DNA of 64,000 nt from assembly GCA_048593225.1 (NCBI GenBank), contig CM109176.1, forward strand, positions 477,371,429-477,435,428, given 5' to 3'. The notes beneath the pieces are model-generated. The model was not told the DNA's origin. It saw nothing but the letters and a program-made list of their open reading frames with translations, and did not search any database. Below are positions 51,501 through 63,700 of this stretch, piece after piece (the first letter of the stretch is position 1; every line of letters starts with the position of its first letter). The translations under genes were made by a program, and so were the position numbers. Source of the DNA: Sarcophilus harrisii (Eukaryota).

Positions 51501-53289
51501 TAATAAGGAATAAACAAAAAAAGGTTGAATGTGGGATTGAGGTTTGATTTTGTTTTGTTTTTGTTATATTAGTATAAAGAGAAAGGCTAAAAGGTATCAA
51601 GACCTCTGCTTGGGAAGAACAGGTGGATGATTCAGGAAACAGAAAAAAAGCAAAACCATATTCTTGTTCTCTGCCAAGGGGAATTTTATCTTTTGCAATG
51701 CAAAGGGTAGTACAAATATGGTTTAAAAAAAATTATGTTACTTAATTATCAAAAATGAATACTCAAAATCAAAATCCTCATTAATGATGTGTAATTTTCA
51801 GAATTTTAGTGTCTAGATTACAGTAGTCCCTAGTTAATCTTCTGATCAAATTCTCAGTTATTCCAACTGGTCTTGTTAAGTCAAGTATAAATTCAATAGG
51901 CATATTCTGTAACATCACCTCATTGTTGCCATAACATACTTTCCTTTATATGCAATGATGATACTGACTCAGTATAAGCAGAATATGAACTCAAAATTGT
52001 CTTTCAAATAATGGTAATGGGAGATATCCTGAGGTATCCATGTTCTTTTAACCTGTATTTTCCAATGATCAAGGCTTATTTTGTGACATGACTAAGCAAG
52101 TGATTAGGCATGCAATTTACAGCCTTGGAAGAGAATCTTTTATTTTTTGTGTGTTGTTAATACTTATTTCCATAGGGCTATATTTGATGGGACAAGATAA
52201 TATATGAGATTATATACTATAATATACTCTTTTTGGGACTTCTAATTGTTCAATCCAAACAATATCATAAAATAAAACTGATTATATTTTAATAGAAAGG
52301 AAATTAATAGTTAGTGATGTGGGAGCATTTCCAAATAAGCTATCTCTATCGAGACTAATTACTTACTAAAACAAAGATCAAAATCAGTACCAAAAAAGAA
52401 CATAAAAATGAGAAGATAAAGCTAGAAAAATAAAGAGGCAATTCTGATTTGAGTTGGAAAAAAATAGAAATATAAAAGAACATATACTGAAAAAGAGTAT
52501 TAATATTTTCTTAAGAAGTTTAACTGCTAACCCAATTATTTTAATGAGATCAAAAGATTCTGTAAAGTACCTCAGCTAGCAAACACTTGATCTCTTTGCT
52601 GCCAAGTAGACATATTAGAGTAATTTTAAGAATGGTTCAGTGCATAAATAATTTTATGATCTTTAAAAAAATGAGAATAGAAGAGAATGACTAGTATAAC
52701 CTCAATTTATGAAGTTCAATCCAAATAACATCATAAATAAAACTGATTATACTTTAATAGACAGGAAATTAATATCAACAATAGGTACTAACTGGCACAG
52801 AGCAATGACCATGAAACATTAATGTTTATGAATTTTTTTTTTAACAAAAAGTTATGTTTAAACAAAAGCTAAAATAATCACATTGAACAATAATTATGCA
52901 GAGGTACTTTCTCACATGAATCACATAGACAACTTGATTTCATAGCAATAAGGATTACAAGAATAATAAATTCAAAGGAGTGAACAATGGACATCAGTTT
53001 CAACACTACTCTCTTCCTAAATTTGCTAACAGTGAAGAAATTAATTCATTTAAATTTCCTCTTCATTTCGTGATACTGAAAAGCAATGAAATGGCCAAAG
53101 GTTAAGGAGGAATTATAAAAAACATTTAAGACAAATCATTCTTTGGATAATTTAAAAACAGCTATATAATATATATTTATAATTCTGACAAAAGACTTTT
53201 CTGGTAAGCAGCTGTTACTTAGAAATAATAGACAGCTATAAAGAAAAGCACAGAAAACATAGACAAGCATAACATAGAAAATATAATAC

Positions 53290-53445
53290 CTGTAAATCCT
53301 TCTTAATCGGTTTATTTTTGCCATCAAAAATTTTTTTCCTAAATTCAAGAAGAACTTCTTTGCAGTCCTCAAGATGAACTTCTGGCTCCCACGTATCATC
53401 ATCGGAAGTGTACCCTTTCCACCGAACTTTATAAAGAATTTTACC
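53290..53445 (-). CDS. MPHOSPH8: MPHOSPH8 exon 2, the chromodomain core: GKILYKVRWKGYTSDDDTWEPEVHLEDCKEVLLEFRKKIFDGKNKPIKKDLQ.
   Basis: Acceptor tttcattgcag|GGTAAAATT and donor TTACAG|gtattatat. It lies inside minus-strand ORF 53236..53451 and is near-identical to the human MPP8 chromodomain, with the aromatic-cage F, W and Y present. Confidence 0.93.
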
Positions 53446-54944
53446 CTGCAATGAAAAATTAAAAAAACAAAAAACACTTGTGTAAAAAACATGCCAAACT
53501 AAGATTATCTACTTATTCCTTAATAAAATCACCTACCAAATTATAATTACTTAGTATATGACAAAAGCTGAACTAGAGTTCTATTTCTAAATGGATGTTT
53601 TTAATTCTACACACTATCTTAAACAATATATTCCTTGCTATATTCTGAATAGTGTAATTCCACAGTAATGTTCAAAAAGAAAATTGTTTACTAATTTTGA
53701 TGACCTTTGAGAGGGGGTCAGGAAACCTGATGAGGAAGAAATTGGGAGGGGGAAGCCTTGGGCACCCTAAATTCTTATCACAATTTTAGCTAAGTAAGTT
53801 TCGTTTTTCTCAAGAGAGAATAGAGTAGAATGTGAACCAAACTAGGGATCACACCCTACTATGGCACCATGGCAAAAATATCTATTCAATCATGCCATGT
53901 CCCCCTCCTATAACAACCTCATTTTACTATCCAGGCTTCAACTGGTTAATAATTCCCCCGGGGAAGACTATCTCCCACTTTTCTTTCTCCCTACTAAAAG
54001 ACTTCCTATTATTAGTCTCCTATTTTTTTCTATGTCTACTCATTTTGTGTGGTCCCTTTTTCACTGTCTGTCTTCTCTTGAATTTATAATTTTGATACTA
54101 ATGACACTAATTAACATCAATATATTCATTATTTCTAACCAACAAACATCTGTCAAGCACCCACAGTGTGTAAATTAACATGTAGGCCATGAGGGACAGA
54201 TACAAAATTTAGGAAAAGTCATAGTAATTGGCATCACGGAGGCTAATATAATTTAAGCTCCAAAATATTCCTGGCCCAAATTAACTTGTGAAACAAAGGT
54301 ACAGAGTTTGTTCATATCTTGAAAACCAGAAGTATAAATACAAAAAGTGTAACAGAGCTTTTTCTTGAATTGTATATTCTTAACTTCTATGAAATTCTTT
54401 CCTTAAAACAACAACAACTTTGCTTCTTCAAATTAGCAAAATAAAAAAAAAAGAAAAAGAAAAAAAGAGACAAATTAGCAAAATAAAGTTAATATTTTAG
54501 AGGCATAAACAATCCAATTACTTGATGAAGTAATAGAGAGATACTGACTTGGAATCAAAGAACCTAGATTCAAGGACTGATTCTACCATTTAATCATGTT
54601 AACATGATTAAGTTACTAAACTTCTTAGAATTATACATATATAAACACTTGAATAGATTTTAAAGCTAACTAAGATAAATTAGATAACTAGGCTGACTGA
54701 GATATTGTTTAACTTGAGGTTTATAATCTAATTGTCAACATAAGACCTGCTTACATCCCCTTCACTACTGTTTTCTTTTTTCCTTCCTTCTTCTTACCTC
54801 ATGTTTCCCTTCTTCTACTTTCTTCCCTTTTTCCTAAAATATTCTGTACTTGGCTTTTTGGCTGAGTTTTTGAGTATCATTTCAATGAACTCTCCTTCCC
54901 TCCTGTCCCTTCAAAAATCTGCTGAGCATTCAATCCAAACAGCT

Positions 54945-55090
54945 GAGGATCCATGAACAAGTCCTTAACCTATCTGAGTCTCAGTTTCCTCATTTGTAAA
55001 ACGGGGATACTATCATCATCACAGGATTGTTGAGTCTTTAATGAAATAACACACATAAAATGCTGAGTAAACTTTAAAGTGACATTAAAC
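54945..55090 (+). mobile_element. MIR (mammalian-wide interspersed repeat) core.
   Basis: ctgagtctcagtttcctcatttgtaaaacggggatactatcatcatcacaggattgttgag matches the MIR consensus ctcagtttcctcatctgtaaaatggggataataatagcacctacctcacagggttgttgtgag. Other MIR-like copies lie near 10010-10140, 34040-34120 and 58685-58885. Confidence 0.65.
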
Positions 55091-58000
55091 CTCAATGATC
55101 ATTTTTATTATAATGATTCTTTAAAGGAATACTCCAAGAAGCATCTGAGAAAGATCCCAATATTCCTTCTACTAGAAGCAGAAAATAGAAAGAGAAATAA
55201 TAACTAAATGATAAATAAATAAATTATTTGAGGAACACACATGGTTAGTGACTTGACTGGAGTTATAAAGCTATTAAATATATCAGAGGCAGAATCTGAA
55301 CCTAGGTCTCCCTGAGTTCAAGCTCAATATTCTATTCATCATACCACACTGTATATAGTGCTTTACTGATATTAAAATGTTGTAATATTGTATTGTATTA
55401 TGATGAATTTTGTGATTCTACAGATTTGGAATTTTCTAAAACATGTGATCACTAAGAGTTTCATAGGAACTCAAAGCTAAACAAACCAAGCACAAAATGA
55501 TAAATACATTTAACTAATCAATATAAAAATACATATGTCTATTAACTTGGGTTTTGCTAATACTGAATAGATATGCTAATAATTTTTGTGTTTTTATGTC
55601 TTGTAATTCTACTGTAGCTCCTCTCAATTAGTTTTGTTAATGGATTCTCAGGGGTTTCTAAGTAGACCGCACCACTTGTAGAAAAAGGATAATTTTATTT
55701 CCTCTTTGCCAGTATTTCTATTTTTTACTTAATTTTCTTGTCTTATTTAGAACTCCAACAAATGATAGCAGGGAGGGAGAAGCAATTTATTTGGACACTA
55801 TTGAGTTTATCGACAAAGGGATAACTAACAAAATACATGACAGACACATTAGGAATACTAAACAGCTAGCAACTCAACTCCCACATAGAAATTGTACTCA
55901 AGTTACTTTTTCATGTCTATGTTTGATGTTACTAAAACTAAGGCTGATTCTGTGTTGGCAGATGCTTTATACATTTAAAATAAGTTAAGTGGAGCAATGT
56001 TCAATAGCACAAGGAAACAAGTTAACAGTTACTGTCACAGATCTTCAAAAATTTTATCTTATACTTACTAATCAGGTAAATTAAAAACAATTCTTACATC
56101 CAGAATTGCATATATTCCCTAATGCATCAAAACACTTCAAACCAAGATCAATTTATATTTTATGCTATCTTTCTTAGATTTATTACATGCAACTTACAAT
56201 TTGCTTTTAAACCAAATTCCAAAAATCAAATAAGAAAAATTACACTGTCTTATAAAGCAAACATACCTACTTTAAATTCAGTACTATAATAAAGTGACAT
56301 ATACATAGCACTTTACAGAGTATCACACATATATTGATTCTAGTAACATTGTTCCTAATTTAAAGATGCATATTGCATCTTTAAAGATAAGACAAAGATG
56401 GCAAAGATAGAATTTAAACGGTCCTCCATCTCCAAATCCAAGTAATAAATATTCTTTTCATTATCCTATAACTTCATCAAAAATAATTTGATAAAGTCCA
56501 TTAAAACTTCAGATTCCAATATGCTGTGGTTTAAATCATGTACCTCCAAAATATTAAAACAAATTCTATAGTGAGTATGAGAAAGTATAATTAGTCCATA
56601 AACTTGTGGACCAGAGTTTACTTATTCAAGAATGAAATGTGAAGTGCAGTCAAATATGTATGAAGTTACTATAAAAAAGCCTAAGAACTCAGTGCAGTGG
56701 ATATTTTGTTGGTAAAATTTGTTATGTGTATGATACTTCAGATCCACATAGCTTTTTGAACGAAAGGTTTGGATACGTAGCCTTTAATACCTTTTTTGCA
56801 AATTCAACTTTTGTTGAAGAGATGAACCCTCTCTTGATCCCTAGCTCCTCAGACTGACATCGCCATTTCCCCCCCTCTCTTCCTAGGCAATGAAAACTTC
56901 TGTCGATTATCTCTCCAATCTATCTAGCATCTGCCTTTCCTTTCTATCCTCCTGTCCTTACTTCATCCAGGTTCCTATCTCTTCTTCCCTGAATTCCTTC
57001 CTAGCCTCTTAGTAAAATCTCCCCTTTTCAACTTATCTTGCTGAAAGGTTCCTGTGTAACAGTCATTTAACACATGGATCTCACCAAGGCATTCCCTTGT
57101 TCAAAAGCCTTTTGTGGCAAGGACTCCTTGCTTACCAAAAACCTAACAAATTCCTTTGTGTGGCATTTAAGGGCCTCCACAATCTCATTCCCAAACTTTC
57201 TTGCCAGCCTTTCAGTCAAATCAGACTACTTCAGTTAGTCAATTAGCATTTATTAAATATCTATCTGTGCAATCACTGCTAAGATTATAGATACAAAAAG
57301 GACAAATGGCAACCTCTGTCCTCAAGGAATTCACAATCTAATGGAAGAAACAACACATCAATTTTTTTTAAAAGCTATATATAGGATATATAGGATAAAT
57401 GGACACTAAAATTAAGAAGGATTGGAGAATGTTTCTTATAGAAGATGAGATTTTGGTTAGGACTTAAAAGAAGCCAGGAAAAAGAGATAAGGAGGGAAAG
57501 TGTTCCAGATGTAGGGGACAAGCAGAAAAAAATACCAAGAGATCACAGATGGAATATCTTTTTCATGAAGCAACCAGGAGGCCAATGTCCATGGATCAAA
57601 GAATAAGTGGCAGAGAATATGGTATAACTGAAAAAATAGGAAAGGTTAGGTTATGAAAGGCTTGAATGACAAACACAGCAATCACTTTATTGGCTGAATA
57701 GAAGATGGACAGGAGAGAGATTGAGGATGGCAATCCCATCAATAGGTTACTACAATACTGAAGTGATGAAGGCCTGTGCCACTGTAATGGCAGTAGCAGA
57801 GGGGAGAACGTGAGAGGGTACAAAAAGTGAAATCAACAGGCCTTACCAACAGATTGGATATGGGAAATAAAAGGAGTCAAAAATGAAAACTAGGTTGAGG
57901 GCCTGGAAGATTTGAAAGATGGTTATATCCTCTATAGTAAGAGGAAAATTTAGAAGGAGGGACGGTTTAGTGGTAAAGACAATGATTTTTGTTTTGGAGA

Positions 58001-58684
58001 TGTTGAGTTTAAAAAGTCTACTGAACACCCAGCTCTAGTGTCTAAAAAGCAGCTGACATTTTAGTTCAGCAGACACTGGGACAGGGCTCCATTTCCTGAT
58101 CTTTTCCTATTTCTTTTGCTCATACTATCCTTTGAAACTGGAATGTTTTCTCACATCTGCCTATTGAAATATTTGCCTTGCTTCAAGAGTTAACTCAGAT
58201 GACACTTCTTTCAAGAATCCTTCCTAGATCCTCAACTTACAACAAACATTTATTAAGTACCTGTTTTGTCTTGCCTCTGACTCTTTGCTCACTCTAATTC
58301 CTCCTTTTACCTGGTTGTGTTTTTTCTAGTCACTTATATTTCTACAAGGATCTTTCCCTAAATTCATTGTAGTTACTTTTTATACGATTTTGACAACTCA
58401 TTATTGCCTTGTAAAAATCAGCAGTACCAACTCTTTTGAAGCATGCACCTTTTGTACCATATATCTCAGTTTCCCCAAAAGGCATATCTTTTGTTGAACA
58501 TGATAAGATGTTCAACATATGCTTGAGTGTTAAAAGAAAAATAAGAAGAAATTATATTAAATATTAAAATGGAAACCATGAATTTATTTTGTATTCTTAA
58601 AGAGGGCTTAATTTACTTCTTTAAACTTTTTAGAGCAGTACATATATGTGGCCTACCATTATTATCCAATAAATAGAGGACTGA

Positions 58685-58885
58685 CTGTTCAGTCAATGGG
58701 GCTGTGATGATGTGGTTGAGAATGAAAAAGACCTAAGTTCAAATCTTCCCTCTGATGTGTATTGGCTGTGTTACAACAGGCATGTTTTATGAGCCTGTTT
58801 TCACATCTATAAAATGAGTATGATAACAATAACCTATCTCACTGGGTTGTAGTGAGACAGATCAAGTCAAAATTAGGATTTTCAA
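58685..58885 (+). mobile_element. MIR-like SINE.
   Basis: gacctaagttcaaatcttccctctgatgtgtattggctgtgttacaacaggcatgttttatgagcctgttttcacatctataaaatgagtatgataacaataacctatctcactgggttgtagtgagacagatcaag. Confidence 0.6.
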
Positions 58886-60351
58886 CATACTCTACTTTGT
58901 TAATTTTCTTAAGACTTTAGGCATTCATGTATATAAGTAGCAACAGAAATAAATTTATAAATATTGAGTGAATTCCCTATATTTTCTGTGATACAGATCA
59001 ATATTATCAACAAACACATTGTATATCCCCTATATTTAAGGTATTACATACATATATGCACAGATAATATAAAGAATTTTAAAACACTTTACTGGAGCCA
59101 ACACAATCAAGGAAGGCAGCATTTAATAGAATTAAATGCCTGTTTAGAAAAATCCTCTAAGAATTGGAAGGAGGGGAAGGGGAGAGACGATCATGATCGG
59201 CTGGGGCTATTCTATCATTTCAAACTAAAGATTAAGAGTCTATTCTTACCTTTTAATAATAATTTACTTATACAGCCTTTTGATTTATACCCTTAATGCT
59301 CTGTGATTTCCTCAAAATGTTTAGACGGTCCCAATCCATGCCATACTTTCTAGACAAGTACTACTGTCATCTTCTTCCACTCCTCATCATATACTATTTT
59401 AAAAATAAAAACATCTTCTTATCCTCAAGAGTCATTCTTAACATTCAAAGTCCTCATCCAGAAATGACTTTACAAGTTAACTTATACTAACCCCACCATC
59501 ATCACCACAGACTCCTCCTTTGCCTTCCTATTTCCAATTCATTCCATCGTTAAGTGAAAAGATCTTCAAACTTTAGTAAAATATCACCTCTCCCACTCCA
59601 CCTGCCAAAGGCTCCAGAGGCTTCTCCCTGGCGCTTTATATATTTCTGACTGCCTACACCTGTCCCAACCATGCACCAATGCACCTTTACAATGATGTCT
59701 TCACTACAAACTCCATTCCCACTTCAGTGACTCATGTGAACTCTCGACAATCTTTTATGAAGCACTTACTATGAGCCGAGCACTGGGTCTACATATCTCC
59801 TTTCCTCCCCCCCCCCCAAAAAAAAAAAAAAGGAAATAGTTCCAGCTCTCACAGTCGAATGTCCCATGCCAGAAATTACCTCAGCCCTCTGCTGGACAAT
59901 CGGCTCTGGCCAGAGACTAAGTCCACATAGAAAAAGCGCATCAGTGCTATCCCAGATCCGGCCACTCCAGTAATTTCCCACTTCCACGCCCCCAATACTT
60001 TGACAGGGTCGTGCCAACGTCAGCCCCTGCAAGGTGGGTTAAGAGGGTGGACGGAGATGGGCGTCGCCAGGACCGAGGTAGGGGGTGAAAGGAGGCCGGG
60101 CTGGCCGGACCCTCTAGGCCTGAGCCCGAGGAGCGCCGCCCCCATCCCGGGGAGGCTGGGCCCTAGCGGGGGGTCGAGGCCCAGCGGCTGCCGTGGCCGC
60201 CCCGGGGGAGCCCGAGAGGTTAGAAAACAAGAGCCAGCTCTTTTCTCAAGTCCACAAAAGGGAAGGAGCTTGGCTCGCCTGGCCTACCGCCGTTACAAAG
60301 GTCCCGCAGGCTCCAGGGTCCCTCTCCGCCCCACGCCCCTCACTCACTCAC

Positions 60352-60576
60352 CGCTTCGGTCTTCACGTCCAGGATCTTCTCCACCTCGAACACATCTTCT
60401 TCGTCTTCCTCGCTCTCCCCCACAGTCTCGCCCGCCCGCCCGCCGTCGTCCTTCTCCAGGCCTCCCGCTTCTTCTCCTACTCCTCCTGACGCATCCTCGC
60501 TACAGCTATCCGAACCTGAAGCGGCGGCGGCAGCTACACTGACAGCGCCCCCGCCCGCACTAGCCAGAGCCGCCAT
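60352..60576 (-). CDS. MPHOSPH8: MPHOSPH8 coding exon 1. It starts with ATG and ends in phase 0. It encodes MAALASAGGG...ESEEDEEDVFEVEKILDVKTEA, the acidic N-terminus and the first chromodomain strand.
   Basis: Matches the ATG of the minus-strand ORF 60340..60576, in a catcATGG Kozak context. The donor is GAAGCG|gtgagtgagtg at 60351-60350. Eutherian MPP8 has EDVFEVEKILDMKTEG here. Confidence 0.9.
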
Positions 60577-60658
60577 GATGTAGGAATTTCAAACCGACTG
60601 AGGAAAAGTGGCTGCGACACACGCCTCTCCGGGGTGTCTCGCGGGGCAGGGGCCGTCA

Positions 60659-60755
60659 CCAATTGGCTTTGACGGCCGAGCCACGCCATAGAGACAGAGC
60701 ACCAATGGGAGCGACTCTAACGCCCCGGAGGAGGTAATTCTCCAGAGCCAATCAG
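60659..60755. promoter_or_regulatory. Cluster of three CCAAT motifs, putative NF-Y sites, 85-180 bp upstream of the MPHOSPH8 ATG. The first is the palindrome ccaattgg.
   Basis: ccaattgg at 60659-60666, ccaatggg at 60702-60709 and ccaatcag at 60748-60755. NF-Y sites are typical of housekeeping CpG-island promoters. The spacing is about 43-46 bp. Confidence 0.55.
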
Positions 60756-63700
60756 CGTGCACGCTGATGGAATGGGGGCGGGCCCGGCCGCGAAACTCGG
60801 GAGGGGAAGGCGGAGTCATAAGGACCACATGGGGAAAGCGGGAGGGGTTGATGACCAACTGGGCGGAGGAGAAAGAGAAGAAGTTGGGGCTCATCAGTTG
60901 TGGGAAGAAAAAGCCAGCCCTGAAGCTCTTTTAAGGGAAGGCTGAGGGGAAAGAAAGAAGACGGACTTTTTCTACGGGGGTCCCCAGCTGAGAGGGGCTG
61001 GGTTGAAGATGGGTCGCTTTGGGGAGAAAGAGGCCGAACTGAGCGGGCGCCCAAGCGTGTAGCCAAGTTTGAAGTAGCTCTGCTTGGGACCCGCGGGACA
61101 AGAGGAAGCGCTGCTAACTAAGGGGCGGAGCTGGGGCGCTGTCGTCACAGCTAGGCGGGGCTGGAAGGGGCTTCTCCAGGGCCGTGGGGCGGGGCTAGCC
61201 TCGCCGCGAAGGTCCTTAGGTTTTAGGGATGTGGTAGACAGTTTAGGGGTGTGGTCTCCCTAGCTAGAGTTACTGGGCTCGCGTCCCTCCTTCCTGGCCT
61301 GCCTGTTGTGCGGACAGTTCTTGCCCACTCCCCCCGGGAGCGGCAGTCCTCTACCTATATCAGCCCTTCTCTGTGGGTCATAGCAGGAAACTTAGAATGT
61401 TTCCTCCTCCTTTCTAAGTTCGAGCTCGTCCTTCTCAGGCACGAGAACGTCTGGCCCACTTGGGACTCTCTCAGTCCTCTGGTCCCACACTTTACCCTAA
61501 ATTCTTGAAGCAGCAAGATGACCCGGGAAGCACGCCCTTTGCCTATTTCAGAGAGCATAGCCAGGGCCAAACGTAGAATCTGGGAACGAGATCAGAAATA
61601 GCTTTGGCTGAATCACTGCAGTTTATATTCATTTCTCACAAGTGTAAAAAGAAAGTCATTAAGATAAATCGGTTAAAATGGTGATATTGTCCAGCGGTAG
61701 TCAATGGTGGGAGAAAGGTGGTTGGGAAGAGGTGTTTTCGTTGTTGTTGATGACCTTCACTTGACTAGACCTTTTAGGAAAAATGGTAGCAATTAATTGA
61801 GAATGGGCAGTGATAAAGGCAGAGATTAGATACCACAAAGATGTGTTTATTTATTGCTCACTTAGGAAGAAGAGATAGTGTGACTTGCCCTCAGTGGACC
61901 AGTTCATATAACTAAATGCAGTCAATCAATAAGCTTTAAGTGCCCTTCTATGTGCCTGTCATGAAGGGTTAAACTCTGGGAATACAAAGTAAGCAAAAGT
62001 CCTTGCTCTCCAGGAGCTCATAGTCTATAATGGGGAGATAACATGAAAACAACTTACATACAAACAAGATACAGAATAATAGAGGGAAACATTATTATTA
62101 AGAGTGTTTTATTTCCTTCCTACCCAGGATGAATATATATATATCACATAGCAAGGAAAATCATTTATCCAAGTCAATAATAAAACAGAATTCAGAGAAA
62201 ATAGACATAGAAGAATAGATATACCATACAATACAGAAAATGAATGAGATCTCCCTTTGGGATTGAGATATGAATCTCAACAAAAGAAGTTCTAGATTGC
62301 ACTGAAGAGAAAATTCCTTGAAGCCTCTAGTTCTACATGTCAGTGTTTTTCCAGAGTCTTTCCCTTTATGGATTGGAGAGAGATCAGAATGGCATTTCTA
62401 CTCTGTTGTAGATAGAAGCTGAAAGAGCCCAAATCTCTCTTTCTCTAGTTCTAACCATAACTCTGACACAGATACACAGCATTAAATTATCAAACTCTTC
62501 AAATTAGCAAGTCCTATACATGGTCATTTGAACCAAGTGGTTAGACAAGAAAGATAGGGATCACTTACCCTCTGACTCCTGAACCACTCTCCTTTCTACT
62601 ACAAATTGCAATCTAGGGGGTAAGATCAAATGTATATAATCCACAGGTCAAAAACTATTTGCAGAAGTTGCTCCTTATTGGTATAATTTGATTTCTTGAT
62701 GCTCCAGGCCTGAAGAAGATAGAGCTTTTGACAAGAGCTTGCGAGGAAAAACATAGTTTGATCTTGTGGATTCTAGCTTGCAGAAAGAAGACAACGGGTT
62801 TCAGAATCTCTTTAAGTCTCTGAAAAAACAATGTCTTGGGGAAGAAGCTGACATCTTAAGAAACAAACTCTTCAATCATGTCCCTATCCCCTTGCTACTG
62901 TAGAGACTTAGGGGAATTTCCTTTGGATAAGATCAGAGACTCTCTTGATTGAGCCAAAATGTCTTGCTCCCAATAAAAGAACTGTACTCCGTGTGTTTTC
63001 AGCTGTATCACTTCTTTGGTTTCAATTTGCTATTGGTTTGGATAAATAGGTTGATTTGTCATTGACTCCATATATTTTTTGTAAAACTGGCATTTGGTGG
63101 GAAGGGTGCCAAGCTTTGGCAATGTGGCCTGGAGCACTCCTTCCCCAGTGGGATTAGGAGCTAAAGCAGAACATAAAAATTATTACCTCTATTCTTATAT
63201 AACAGGGCAGATAAAATTCCAACCTGGAATCCTTTCTCTGAGGAAAGCAGAGGGAGTAACCCCTGCTTCTAGTCCTAGCAAGAATCTCAAAATATCTTTC
63301 TGAGAAGGGTGGGTAGAAGAGATTTTAGGGATAATTTGTTCATGCCTCCCTGTGAATTACATCTAGACAGTTCCAGATGGATACACAAAACCTACATGGG
63401 GAACACATGCCACCTCTTTACAAAACAGAACAAATGCACGAGGCACAGAGAGTCCTAGGACAGAGTCATTCCAACTTGTTAGGACCTGCCAGATCTAGGT
63501 ACTGCTACCATAACCTCTGAGAACTCCATGTCCTCTGAGACCCTAGAGTAATATTTTAATAGAAGCAGTACAGAATAAATGCTTGAAAACCATCCTTAAT
63601 TATATGAAAAGAACTGCCAGGAAGGTAATAGCAAAAGTGCACAGCAGAGAACAAAAGAAAATCTACAAGGAAGCAAAGAAAAGATGGATAGTTCCGAATA

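Larger units (their letters stand above)
3703..60576 (-). other. MPHOSPH8: Gene span (start codon to stop codon) of the MPHOSPH8 / MPP8 ortholog, 14 coding exons, about 57 kb. The 5'UTR lies above 60576 in the CpG island and the 3'UTR lies below 3703; I have not mapped either.
   Basis: Minus-strand exons encode, in order, an acidic N-terminus, a chromodomain (FEVEKILDVKTEA|GKILYKVRWKGYTSDDDTWEPEVHLEDCKEVLLEFRKK), a long K/E/D/S-rich disordered exon, four ankyrin-repeat exons and the conserved C-terminus ending VKLLIGAYRVQLQ*. Every junction has an AG/GT splice site and keeps the reading frame. The spliced CDS is 2571 nt, 856 aa. Confidence 0.93.
59990..61260 (-). promoter_or_regulatory. MPHOSPH8: CpG island and TATA-less promoter of MPHOSPH8. 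It covers the presumed 5'UTR, exon 1 and the start of intron 1.
   Basis: This is the only GC- and CpG-dense segment in an otherwise AT-rich 64 kb window, and it surrounds the ATG at 60576. GC boxes (ggggcggg or ggggcggag) occur near 60774-60783, 61121-61130 and 61190-61200. I saw no TATA box. Confidence 0.8.

Noticed and set aside
60000-60542. A 180 aa plus-strand ORF rich in Pro, Arg and Gly.
   Set aside because: It is antisense to MPHOSPH8 exon 1 and intron 1, inside the CpG island. Its composition is the typical GC-rich spurious ORF, and it has no domain signature. The same reasoning covers ORFs 60193-60489, 60589-60894, 60752-61066 and 60757-60945.
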